Shown here: in pieces, positions 50,764 to 62,471 of the stretch
Layout of the letters: each line of letters begins with the position of its first letter
Position numbering within the stretch: position 1 is the stretch's first letter
From: Lepidodermella squamata
Taxonomy: Eukaryota > Animalia > Gastrotricha
Assembly: GCA_047495785.1 (NCBI GenBank)
Contig: JBLDXI010000021.1
Span: 1,922,001 to 1,986,000 of the forward strand
Length of the DNA: 64,000 bases
Reading direction: 5' to 3'
Program-made: the position numbers and the translations under genes
The notes under the pieces: generated by a model
What the model was told of the DNA's origin: nothing
What the model saw: only the letters and a program-made list of their open reading frames with translations
Database searches by the model: none

Positions 50764-51927
50764 ATGTCTTTCGCAATCTTCGAAGACGAACCTGGCATTA
50801 TCAATGATGCATTATCTCAAGCCACCAGGATTCCTTCGAAAGAAGAAAGGCGGGCATTCGGGACTGTCCTCATGGAAAACAATCGGGAAATGATTCAAGG
50901 AAAGCCGGCTATAGCCATCCAGGGCAACACTAATGTAGATGCAGCTGATTGGACTACCGTCGACGTAGAAAATAGCCAACTGTCAGATAAAAGTTACGTT
51001 CAAGATTATGACTTGTCAGACTCGATGCAATCGGATCAATCATTCACTTTGGCTTCAACTCAGTCCAGTTGCAAAGAAGATTTTCTGAAGTCTACAAGCA
51101 TTCTCCTCAACAAAGATGGCTATTTTGACGAAATCAGCGAATATTTGGGACAAATGGAAGTTAAATTTCAGTGCAAGCCAACGTATATGTCTCGTCAACG
51201 CGATTTGTCTCATCCCATGCGCAGCGTTTTGATTGACTGGCTAGTTGAAGTCACAGACGAATATAAACTTCAACGCCGCACGCTGTTTTTAGCCGTCGCT
51301 TTCATGGACCGATTCCTCTCAGAAATGGCAGTTGTTCGTACAAAGCTGCAACTTCTCGGGGCGACTTGCATGTTCATTGCAGCCAAGTTTGAGGAAATTT
51401 ATCCCCCAGAAGCAGCCGAATTCGCGTATTTGACCGAAGATACCTACAGTGTGGCTCAAATTCTCAAGCTGGAGCGGCTAGTTTTGCGAACTCTCGACTA
51501 TCAACTCGGTGCTCCCACCACTGATGTGATGAGCGATCGCATCGTCGCCGCGACAAATATCTCGACCGAACAGGTGACGTTGATAAATTATCTCTCTGAG
51601 CTTTCTCTCGTTTTTGGCGACGCTTTCCTGCAATATCTACCAAGCACAATCGCTGCAGCATGCGTTTGCCTCTCAAACATCTGTCTAGGCCACGAGGGTG
51701 ATGACTTTTGGTCGGCTGAGCTTGAAGGCCTAACTGGCAAGAAAGTCTCTGACTTCTACTACTGCCTCGTGTTGCTAGGAGATGTGATGCAGCAAGCTCC
51801 AAATAATTCGAGCTGCAAGTCTGTTGTTGCACGATACAGCACTGTGATCAGCTGCCTACCCGACCGCCTGTTGATTGCAAGTCTCGCACCGGTCTCTGAA
51901 GCAACACGAGACCACCTGAGGCCGTGA
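50764..51927 (+). CDS. CCNA: Cyclin A, single coding exon
   Basis: Cyclin box MRSVLIDWLVEVTDEYKL...MDRFLS...KLQLLG...AAKFEEIYPP; N-terminal FAIFED (ABBA-like); in-frame TAA at 50752 fixes the start. Confidence 0.95.
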   Translation: MSFAIFEDEPGIINDALSQATRIPSKEERRAFGTVLMENNREMIQGKPAIAIQGNTNVDAADWTTVDVENSQLSDKSYVQDYDLSDSMQSDQSFTLASTQSSCKEDFLKSTSILLNKDGYFDEISEYLGQMEVKFQCKPTYMSRQRDLSHPMRSVLIDWLVEVTDEYKLQRRTLFLAVAFMDRFLSEMAVVRTKLQLLGATCMFIAAKFEEIYPPEAAEFAYLTEDTYSVAQILKLERLVLRTLDYQLGAPTTDVMSDRIVAATNISTEQVTLINYLSELSLVFGDAFLQYLPSTIAAACVCLSNICLGHEGDDFWSAELEGLTGKKVSDFYYCLVLLGDVMQQAPNNSSCKSVVARYSTVISCLPDRLLIASLAPVSEATRDHLRP

Positions 51928-52409
51928 TTTGATATATATGTTTCGCTCCTCTTCATTTGATAAAACAAGTCGATTGTCTATTATTTATAATATTTATATT
52001 CTCTAGCTCATATCAATCAATTCGTCTTTTTTGTTGCTTTCTTGATCATTTTGATGTGTTTTCGTTTCATTTTTTTCTAATAATCGTCAATATTTAAAGA
52101 AAAATGAATGCGAAATGTCAAACTTTCGTGCATGTTGTTGTGTTGTAATTCGTTCTATCTTCAATCTCTATCATCTCCAAGCGCCTTGATTCTCATGTAA
52201 AGATGTGACAATTTGTAATCTGGTGCATTCGCAAAATTTCTCACGATGCTTGTTCGATGTAATATTATGCTAAATAGTATCTTCAATAACGAGACAGTTT
52301 GCTCTGCTTACGATTAACATATCAGCGGGTGTAAATCGCTCAAAACTTGTGCGAATCATTTTTAATAAACTTTTGTATACAATTCGTGTTTTTTTCCTTA
52401 GTTTTATTA

Positions 52410-55149
52410 ATGGAAATGAACGGCACTTGTGTGTCAAATCGTCAAGGCCCGCCTGCAAAGAAGGGCAAGTCAAATGCCGAAGAGTTTATTTGTGATGGAA
52501 ACAAAAGCTTATTTTTTCGAATGGGTAAATATCTGAAACATCTGGTAAAAAATTGCTAAAAAATTGGTTATTGATAGTTCGAAATAACGAAGATCTGGAA
52601 AACGACGGCTTGTCGTTCAACCCTGATATGACTCATCAAGTTTTCGGCCAAAAAGAGCTCGTATTCGGCTACAAGAACCTCCACATTGATCTCTGGTACA
52701 GCGCCTGCCGCCTGAACATATTTTTCAACGTGAAGTATGACGCGAAAGTTGACGGCAAGCGATTCGATGGTCTCAAGCCAGACGATATCGGTAACATCAT
52801 GAAATCAACCGTAGAATTGCCACCCGGTTTTTTCACTGACGCTGAGAAATTCGCGAAAATTCTGCCGAGTGAGCATTTGTTCCGACCTTTCGGCGAGTGC
52901 ATTCATCAGTACTCGCGTAATCCGAATAACCGCCAGTTTGAGATCTACAAATTCACGCCGGCGAAAGAGTCGCCCGAGGTCAACATCGCTTTCCGAGAAT
53001 ATCACGCCCGTCTACAGACGTTCCTGTTGTTCTTCGTCGACGGCGCGTCTTACATCGAAGCTGATGACGACCGATGGGTGTATTACATGATCTACGAGAA
53101 GTACACCGATGCGGCGGGCAACACTGCGTACGCCTTTGCCGGCTACCAGACGGTGTACATGTACTACGCATTCCCGGAGAGAATCCGGCCCCGCATCAGC
53201 CAAGTTCTAGTCCTGCCGCCGTTCCAACGCCAGGAGCATTGCGTTGAAATGCTGCGAGCCTTCTACGCCGAATGCATGGCTGATCCGAAAATCGCGGACA
53301 TCACCGTGGAAGATCCGTCTGAGAACTACCAACGAGTTCGCGATTACGTCGACGCGGTTCGAGCGATCGAAAAGTTGCCGAGCTTCCGCCCGCCCGCTAT
53401 TCTCGAACGGTGGTCGAATTCGTTTGCGGATGAAGCAAAGTCGGGGCTGAAAATGAACAAGGTAATTCTTGTTGCTTGATCTAATACTTTTTTTGGAGTG
53501 GATATTCGAACTTGAATAAGTACGGGTGATTTGATATTCGCACTTGAGCGGCTTTCTGGTTACGTAATATTCGAAATATTTCGACCATAATATTCAGCTT
53601 TTAAAACTGAGTAAGAGTCATATCTTACCCCGAAAGCTAAGATACAGTATCTCAGCAAAATGTTTGGCAAGCCACTGAAATCGGCGTTTTTGACTTATTT
53701 AGTCCACTTTTCGATTCCAAGCAAAGATTTGATTCAATATTTTCATTGATCTCTCTCCGCCGAGTATTTCGATACCAAGCATGCGGGAAATTCAGTTGGT
53801 GTGAGCCTTTAGAAGATGATTTCCGATAATATGATATGGCTTGATTTATTCATAAAACTAACCGAATTTTTATAAACGATTTCCACTGTATGCTACTTTT
53901 CAATCGCTAGACAATTCGCTTGACAAAATTTACGTGAGTTGTGTCATTCATCGATTTTTTATCATTTCAACGGTTATCGATTTCAATCGATAAGTGATTG
54001 ATTTTGTAAATATCGATTGGATAAGGTTTTAACAAATTTTTTCAAGTGAAGATACTATCAAGATGGGAAAATGCAGAGTTATCGACTCCTTCCATTGCAC
54101 CGAAGTTGGTAAATTATCGAATAATCGAATGATCACCAAAATCGATAATTGATCGAATTAGAAAATCGGCGCTAATACAGCGAGGGCGCCTCGCCCACGT
54201 GCCGAAAATTCCCTAAAAGGTCCCTTATTCCATGTGATTATCATTGCTGCAATCAAATATGGTAGAGACTGCATAACCATGCCATAAACCGAGTCGATTT
54301 TGACACAAATCACTTGCGATTCGGCCAATTATCGATGACACGAGCTATGGTGAGCACCATGAAGAATGAACCATTGCCTTATATGTCAAACTACTCGCCG
54401 TAGCTTGCTCGAGCTTATTCTTTGATTAAAGATCTGTTTAAGATGCAAATTTGGATTAAAAAACTGAAAATTCAACGGGTGTGCCAACCATTTTGCTCGA
54501 ATACTGTAACTTGAACTTGTCAATTTTACATCCAAAAACATGAAAGCACGGTTGGAAAGCTCAGGAAACCTAAAAGGTCATGAACCTAAGATCCAACTTG
54601 ATGAAAATAGGGACACTCCTGATTTTGCCATCAAATTTGACAATTCCAAGTTATCTTAGCTTTCGGGGTAAGATATGATTCTTACTCAGTTTTAAAAGCT
54701 GAATGTTATGGTCGAAATATTTCGAATATTACGTAACCGGAAAGCCGCTCAAGTCCGAATACCAAATAACGCGTACTTATTTAAGTGGGAATTTAATGAC
54801 CCTAATTTTTTTATTGAATTTTCAGAGACAAGCTCGACGCATTTACGAGCTGCTGCGTCTCTTCTTTACCAACCGCCAAGATCCGTCAGCTATGCGCTCG
54901 CATCGTCTCGAGGTGAAACGCCGCCTCAACGTGCCTTTCAAGCGGACAGGCCGTGACTTCGAAAAGTTGCGCCGAGCTCTAAGTGAGGTCGAATGGAAGA
55001 GCGAACTCGTGGCGACCAGCACCGAACAGCGGCTTCACTCGCTGGAGGAGAACTACAAACAGGCCGTGGAAGACTACGACCGCGTCATCGAACGCCTCCG
55101 CCGCCAAGGATTCCAACCAGAGTCGATTGGACCGGTCAACTCAGCCTGA
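52410..55149 (+). CDS. HAT1: Histone acetyltransferase type B catalytic subunit (3 exons)
   Basis: FNPDMTHQVFG..ELVFGYKNL, RLQTFLLFFVDGASYI, RPRISQVLVLPPFQR, ITVEDPSE, QARRIYELLRL, RLEVKRRL. Confidence 0.96.
53510..54786. mobile_element. Non-autonomous DNA transposon (MITE-like) with ~135-bp terminal inverted repeats in HAT1 intron 2
   Basis: 53510-53644 is a near-perfect reverse complement of 54652-54786; no internal ORF; the intron is ~1.36 kb against the usual ~50 nt. Confidence 0.85.
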
Positions 55150-55274
55150 CGATTTATCTCAGTTCTAACTCGATGATTTAAATTTCATGCATGACTTTTT
55201 CTGAATTTTTTCCCCTTCGTTATACCGGTGACGTTACACAATAAACGTGTCTTTCTCTGTTGTAATAGCCTAAC

Positions 55275-56299
55275 ATGGATTTATCAAAGTTTTTGTCGAA
55301 TTCTGCGAAAAATGCTACCCTAGCATCGGCTGTTCCTGAGGTTTGCAAAACAACACCGTGCGTTCTCGGCATCGATGAAGCTGGCCGAGGCCCCGTTTTA
55401 GGTCCGATGGTTTACGGCTGCTGTTACTACCCGAAAGACCGCCACACCGACTTCGCCGGGTTGAAATTCGCAGATTCGAAAACGCTGTCCGAATCGCAAC
55501 GTGAATCGCTGTTCGAAATGCTGAACTCGGGCGAGAACAGCAAATTCATCGGCTGGCGGCTTGAAGTTCTCGCCCCCAACTACCTATCAAACTGCATGTT
55601 GGCTATGTCCAAGTACAATTTGAACGAAATTTCTCATGATACCGCTGCGAAATTGGTCGGGGATGTGCTGAAGCAGGGTGTTCAACTGACTGAGGTCTAC
55701 GTCGACACGGTCGGCCCAGCGGATAAGTACCAGGCTAAACTATCGGCTAAATTTCCTTCGATCAAATTCACGGTTTCGCCAAAGGCTGATAGCAAGTACC
55801 CAAGTGTCAGCGCGGCTAGTATTTGCTGCAAGGTAGCTCGAGATCGGGCTTTGAAAGAGTGGAAATTTACTGAAAAATTTTCACCCGATCAAATGTCTAA
55901 ATTGACCCCTGATAAATTCGGCTGCGGCTATCCTTCGGGTAATTTTTGTTAAGAATTATTTTCATCCGTTTAAAATACGTATTTTTTCCCTAGATGATAT
56001 CACGAAAAAATTTCTCGCCAATGTTTTCGACACAGTTTTTGGTTTCCCTCAACTCGTTCGTTTTTCTTGGTCTACGGCTGAAAAAATCATTGACGACCGC
56101 GCCGTCGAAGTCGATTGGTCTGTTTTCACGTACACCAGCTTAATCAATCATTCATGAGTGCGTGTTTATTTTTAGGCGCGACGATTTGCTAAAAGCCGAT
56201 GGGCAAAAATCTGTCAACTCTATTTTTGGAGCGAAGGCTGAGAACGGAGCCAGCAAAGCGAAACGGTGCCGCGTGATGCGGGAACTGCATCTAAGTTGA
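55275..56299 (+). CDS. RNASEH2A: Ribonuclease H2 subunit A (3 exons)
   Basis: GIDEAGRGPVLGPMVY, ADSKTL, VYVDTVG, KADSKYPSVSAASICCKVARD, FGCGYPS, VFGFPQLVRFSWST. Confidence 0.97.
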
Positions 56300-56955
56300 T
56301 TTGAACTTTCTTCTTCGGCTTGTAGCCGAAGATTTATGATTCATGTTTCCACGCTTAAATTAATAGCATTTTGTTTTAATAAACTGGAACAAAAGTGTTG
56401 ATTGCTTTCAATGTGTTTTTCATTATGCGTTACTGTGACACAGGAAATTTCTTTGCGCGGTGTTAGGCCCAATGGGCGTTTAATTGTGTAATATAATGGG
56501 GTCAGAATTTAATAAATAGGTGGCCATTATTCAGCCGTTAAATGGTCGATTTGAAAGCTAGGACGTCGCTAGCTGATTTTTGCCTACTCTACATCTCTCG
56601 GGCATTCACCCCGCCGGCGCGTGATGATGATTAATATAAAAGACTTGAAAAAAGCTTGCCCATTATATTGCGGGGTAAATATTACAATAATAACGCAAAA
56701 TATTGTTATTGAAAGACTTTTGACATGAAAACTACCTACCTGGCGCAGAATGCAACTTGTTCAATGTGATTTTACAACTAGCTTTCTAGATTCGAGTGTT
56801 ACGCGAATGCCTAGCGACAAAAACCTGGTCACGATGGAATTCGTTTTAATCAGCTCGCACATTTTTTTCGATTTGCACTGCGCGTGCCAAAAACAATAAT
56901 TGCAATCGAGTTTACTTATTTCCCGTTTCTATAGCAGTGTTAGTCACCAATTAAT

Positions 56956-57775
56956 ATGGCAGCGAATAAACAGGATGGCCCGGCTTCGGAGCCACTGAAA
57001 AGGAAAACATCTGTCCACGCTGAACCAGCGTTGGAACCGCTAAAGAGGAAAACATCTAATCAGGCTGCTGCTACAGGTTCAATTGATGCTGATGCGGGTA
57101 GCAGGCGGAAAATGTCCGTTGCAACACAGAACTTGGCCCAACCTGGGAAGTCTCATTTGGCAGCTGTGCGCAATACCAAAGGCATATTCAATATGACGGC
57201 TATCGTTGACGGCGAGTCAGAGTCGGACGGTATTGAAGCAATGACAGTCGCGACAACTCACGCCGCCTCAGGGCGTCAGCGGGCTCTTTACGAAAATTCG
57301 TATCGAATTTTACCGGAGCCATCGTCTCAATTTTACGTCAGTCAAGCGAAACAGGTCGTTGATGCGCTGCTTCATCACCAGCTGGAAAACATTCAGATCC
57401 ATCGATATGACCCGGAAAAGGCGAGAAAGTAAGATAATATTGCATTTTTTAACGCACTCATTTAAATTTCATGATCGAAAGGATGTGCCTTCAAATGGCA
57501 AATACGACGAGGCGAGCTATCAGGCAGTCATTACATATTCCTCGCTTCAAAATTGTTGCGTATGTCGTAGTCGGACAAAATGCTGGACAGGACTTTAGCC
57601 TAGCAAGCCGATGTTTATGGTTAGTTTTATCGATCGCATGTGTATCCTGAACTAGAGTAAATTTGATACTTTATTTCACTTCAGGTTTCCTCAAACCGAT
57701 AACTATGTTCAATCTGAGGTCAAAATGGGCGATATGTTTGCAATATGTACGGTATTTGCAGTTTACTACGAATAG
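56956..57775 (+). CDS. Tctex1-domain dynein light chain (TCTEX1D/DYNLT5-like), 3 exons
   Basis: YENSYRILP, YDPEKA, RFKIVAYVVVGQ..GQGLSLASRCLW, DNYVQ, VFAVYYE C-terminus. Confidence 0.88.
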
Positions 57776-60038
57776 CAGCGGACAAGAAAACTTAGGAAAT
57801 CGGACGAGGTGTCTCGAACATGCACTTTTTATTTTAACTCATTTTACAAGCTATGGATTAATTATGAATAAACATGCAAGCTCCTTGTTACAGCGGAGTG
57901 CGGGGGAGAGAGGATCAAAGCTGTGCAGATTAAGAGATCACGGACCTAAGCGAGTGTTTGACACAGTGGATTTGTGAATGATTTTATTTCAGTAAAAAAC
58001 TCCTAGAAATTCAGCGGTTTCCCAGAGCCCCGTTAATCCTATACTCTTGTTCATTACTCACGAATTATTCGCTCGAGGGTGACAAAAAACTTGCGAGGTA
58101 CTAAATTAGCGGAAGAAAGCTTGTCCTGAGCAGCTTCTACGGGGGAGGACTGTCAACCAATTATCCAGGGCGATTTTTGGACATTTTGCGGCGAGGTGAA
58201 CATGATAAGTACGTGATTAAACGAGTGAGAGTGCAGTAGCAGTTTTGCTTCGACTTCGCCGCACACCCCAAGACGTGAGGGTTACACTGCCCGCGAAGTC
58301 CCACGTAATATTAAGAGGGCATTTTTCCTCAATTTACGCCGTTCCATATTTCATGGCTGTCCATTTATTAGAACAGAAATTTTCAATTATATTTGCATTT
58401 TTTGCAGCTGAATTCAGCTGCGTAGGTTTAAAAGCGAAGGTTGGTGATTGATTTACCAAGACATTTGATGGTGCGATTTATTTTACGTATTAACAATCTC
58501 TCATGGCTATTACAACACGCTCGATAAATTTGTATTATTTCTTAATTTTAAAATCTCAATTTCCGCTCTTCAGAGAATCGAGCGGATATCATGCCAGTTC
58601 CATTGCAGTTCTGTGAAGCATGTAAATGCATCATGCTCCCACACGATATATTATTGACCAGAAGGAAGCGTTGCCTACTATATTCCCGCTATCATGATCT
58701 TGATTCACCTTTTTTGATCAGCACGTTCGTGCTGCCCTGCGCACCGAATCACCGTTTGTGATGGGGGTAGGCAGAAGCTATAAGAGCGCAAATGAGCTTT
58801 TGACCAGGTTTTATGAATGAGCAGGCGAGCGGAGGCGAAATATAAATGCTACCGCTGTGCGTTTAAATCTAGGGTCATCAAATATTAATTGGCAAAATAT
58901 AGAGGTTAATTAGCGTGGTCAAATTTATGTTTTATCTGCTACTCCCCACATCATGGTGACATTGTGGCTCGTCATCGTGTTGGTATTTTAGTTACTTTTT
59001 ATTTTACTTGAATTTACTGCAATTTCGTTAAACTCCAGCTCTCCAGCTAATTTTGGATCAAAGTTCACGTAAAATTTTAATAATGACTAGTTATGGCTCG
59101 TTAAGTTTTATAGCAAGAAAAATATTAGCATTACTGTGAATGGATGGGATGAGTCGCTACAAACTATTTTTTTTTCTATGTATTTTGTAATTCTCTTCCC
59201 CTAGAAAGTCACTCATCAATTTGCTTCGCATTCAGCAGTTACAGCCATCGGAAGTTGCGTAAATATACACCAACGCAATAATGATTTGCATTGAATCAAA
59301 GCCAATGGTGGCGCCGAAGCGTTGCGACCCGCGAAGTTTAATGCCAAGGCGTTATATTGCATTATTCCGCGCCGTCGCTTGCCATGCCTTGATATGCTCA
59401 GCTGATGATTTCATAGAATATTTTTATATAAAAACTTGGCGCAAATATCGCCATCTATTCTGGATGTTTTTTTCCCATCGTGTTCACTATTTAACTGCAA
59501 TTTAATTAATCAGGCGAGCCGCTAGAGCCCACACATCCGAATAACACATTGCTATGCAGAATCAATGTGCGGGTGTCATGTCTTTTCGCGCAGTGATTCT
59601 TAGCTGCTGGCCTGAGCCAAACATGCGTCACCTCATTATTATCGGATACATCCAGCGGATATCGAAATTCGGGAAAAAAACAAGTGTAGATTTTTTTAAA
59701 CAACTAACTGGCCTAATTGCGTGCAAAACGCGTCGCGCAAACATCAAGTGCCTAGTGCGATTATTTCCGCGTCGTCATTTCGGCTGAGTTGCTTGCGTTT
59801 TTTCTTCCGCATTTTTCGCACTGCGTAGGTAAACCATCTGGAGCCCGCATCATTTGATCGCCTTAACTTGTGTGATAAGAATGTGTGGGTGCGCTAACGG
59901 CCGGCTTGCATGACTTGGCCCCATTAATCGCTAAGGTCACGCCGGTTGCTGGGATAAATCATTTTTTTTTAACCTGTTATTTACTTTTATTCATAGGCTT
60001 AAAGTGTGTCGTATAAGTGATAATCCTGTTGGGGAAAA

Positions 60039-60493
60039 ATGTCGGGCCCTAACGGCATTTACGATGCGGTGATAAGAGGAATCATCGCTGTTGCTGTGCT
60101 ATTATCAATCGCTGAATTATGCTTCGCCTCATCGAATTCAAATTGCGGTAAGTTCGAACAACCGTTTATAATTTATAATTGGTAATCAATCATTCCCGTT
60201 TTAGATCCAGATGTAAATTCAAGCAAGGAAATCGGCGATTTCTACCGGAAAAATTGCATGTCAGACTCATATCAGCGGACTATGAGCCAACGATTATGTC
60301 AGCAATATGTAACTTGGGCGAAAACATCCTGCATGGTCGTAATGTGTAACCCCAAGGGCCGATATGGCGTCGTGAGGAGCGTCGTAACGTAAGCTTCTGA
60401 CTCAGCCAGAGATAATTGACGATTTTATTTTTGTTTTCTAATCACCTCTATATCAGGTTTCCACCTTCGAAATGTGCGCGGGGCAAGAAGTGA
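60039..60493 (+). CDS. Small secreted six-cysteine protein, paralog A (3 exons)
   Basis: Spliced translation MSGPNGIYDAVIRGIIAVAVLLSIAELCFASSNSNCDPDVNSSKEIGDFYRKNCMSDSYQRTMSQRLCQQYVTWAKTSCMVVMCNPKGRYGVVRSVVTFPPSKCARGKK. Confidence 0.8.
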
Positions 60494-60838
60494 TTAGCAG
60501 CTGCACCATCTAACCCGTATCAACTAACTTTCGGATCGTTGACCATCTTTCGTCCAGCATGGAGCCGCGCAAGCAGTGCTTGTCTGCTCTGCCTGTCATC
60601 AATCATCTCTCATAATAGTCGTGTTATCGGACCTGAGATCCTATTCTATAATGTTTTTTTTCAATGTTTTATTTGTTGCGATAAGGAAAAAATGAATAAG
60701 ATAAAAGCTGAAATGATTGAATTTGTTCCTGGCTTGCTTTTTTACATACTTACCCGGTGAAGGAATCCCTCTTGCGCATTACAAAATGCTGATAACCCTA
60801 ATGGTTGACGTAGTTTTAAATTCTGATTAGTAGATATC

Positions 60839-61246
60839 ATGAAGTTCACCTTATTTGCGATCGTTGTCCTGGTCGCTGTGATGCTGTTCCGGGGAACTTC
60901 AGCTGCTTGTCGTAAGTTTTCGGAAAGGGTGGGAACTTACCCGTGTATAAGCCGAAATTTTGTTTAGCGGCAAACGTTGACTTCGGGATAAAAGTGAGCA
61001 AAGCCTATGCAGACAACTGTCTAACGGACGCTAACAAGGAGAAGAGCTACAAATGTGAAGAAATTTCTTTCGCGGCTTTGATCAACGATCGGTGCATGGC
61101 AGTCGTCTGCAACCACCAAAACAACTACGGCAGGCTGTACGCACCCAACGTGTAAGTTGAAATGGAGAAGTATCGTAACAAAAATAACTTGCCTATATTT
61201 TCCCAGCGTAAGTCGCGACCTGTGTCCCGGTGCTGCTCGTCGGTAG
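60839..61246 (+). CDS. Small secreted six-cysteine protein, paralog B (3 exons)
   Basis: Spliced translation MKFTLFAIVVLVAVMLFRGTSAACPANVDFGIKVSKAYADNCLTDANKEKSYKCEEISFAALINDRCMAVVCNHQNNYGRLYAPNVVSRDLCPGAARR. Confidence 0.82.
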
Positions 61247-61434
61247 AAGCTTCGTTGACAAATGTGGCTTTACTGATTCTTTCAGAGAGAAAAAACGCGA
61301 AAATTCGAGGCTCATTAAGAATTCTGTTCTCGATTACTAGCCCCTGTGAATATATTACTCGGCCTGTAAAATTCGAAATATCAATTCGCATATTGATGAA
61401 TGGAATTATGTGATCTTTTTAGACGTTCTGTTAA

Positions 61435-61844
61435 ATGGCTAATTTTGCGACCTTTTTCGGGGTTGTTGTGGCTGTATCTGTGTTGGTACAAGGTTCCTCT
61501 GCAGACACCTGCAGTAAGTCATAGTGACATTACAAATTTGTTGATTTTATGCTCAGTATTTCGATGTCAAAGCTCCAACGGCAAACGCTAATCCAATGTT
61601 CGCCAGAGTCTGCCTGGCGAACCCGAGCCGGGCCCAGCGGGCTTACTCTTGCCAGCAATTCATTGCTTGGGGCTTTCTGAGCAACGGCATGTGTGTACCG
61701 ATGATTTGCAACACCTTCGGTCGCTACGGAAACGTTCGAGCTATTTTCAACAGGCAAGTTCTGATTAGCTAAATTTCGATTTATAATAGACTATTTTCCA
61801 GGCCTGTGGACGCGTCAGTATGCGTATCGAATGCTCAGGCTTGA
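61435..61844 (+). CDS. Small secreted six-cysteine protein, paralog C (3 exons; second intron GC-AG)
   Basis: Spliced translation MANFATFFGVVVAVSVLVQGSSADTCTPTANANPMFARVCLANPSRAQRAYSCQQFIAWGFLSNGMCVPMICNTFGRYGNVRAIFNRPVDASVCVSNAQA. Confidence 0.82.
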
Positions 61845-62032
61845 TACCGAATCTATTAGACTTGTAATCTGTTAGTCGGGTCTTGGTTCACAAAATTCCC
61901 GAATGAGGTGATGGTGAGCTTCAGCATCCATGTTTCGCCAAACTTTATTGGAACGCAAAATTTTTACGATTTCTCTTACGCCTTGCGCGGTTAACGTAGA
62001 CTTTTATTGAATTGGAAAGTAGCCCGAGTGAA

Positions 62033-62471
62033 ATGGCAAAATATACGATGATTCTCGCTGTCGCTGTGGCAGCCATCGCTCTTTTTGTTGACAGCGCCTC
62101 CGCAGCTGATTGTGGTGAGTTCTGCGTTTTTGATAACAAATACAATTGTTAATTTCTATGTAACCCTACAAGTTCCTACTGCTAATCCGAACGGCATGTT
62201 CAAGAGAGTTTGCTTGGCGAATCCTGTTCGCGCCCAGAAAGCATACACGTGCCAGCAGTTTATCGCTTGGACCTCCTTTGGAAATAAATGCTACCCAATG
62301 CTGTGCAACCCGCTCGGTCAGGGAAATGCACCCACTTACGGAAATGTGCGACGTATCTTCACCAGCAGGTAATTGCACTTTTGATTGTAATATCATCGAT
62401 GGCATTTTCATTCTGCTATCTATTTCAGGGCTGCTGATGCGTCAGTTTGCGCCGCGAACGCAAATGTGTAA
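62033..62471 (+). CDS. Small secreted six-cysteine protein, paralog D (3 exons)
   Basis: Spliced translation MAKYTMILAVAVAAIALFVDSASAADCVPTANPNGMFKRVCLANPVRAQKAYTCQQFIAWTSFGNKCYPMLCNPLGQGNAPTYGNVRRIFTSRAADASVCAANANV. Confidence 0.85.

Noticed and set aside
60793-60801. TAACCCTAA, like a canonical telomerase template
   Set aside because: Isolated 9-mer in an AT-rich spacer between secreted-protein genes with no surrounding structure; expected by chance
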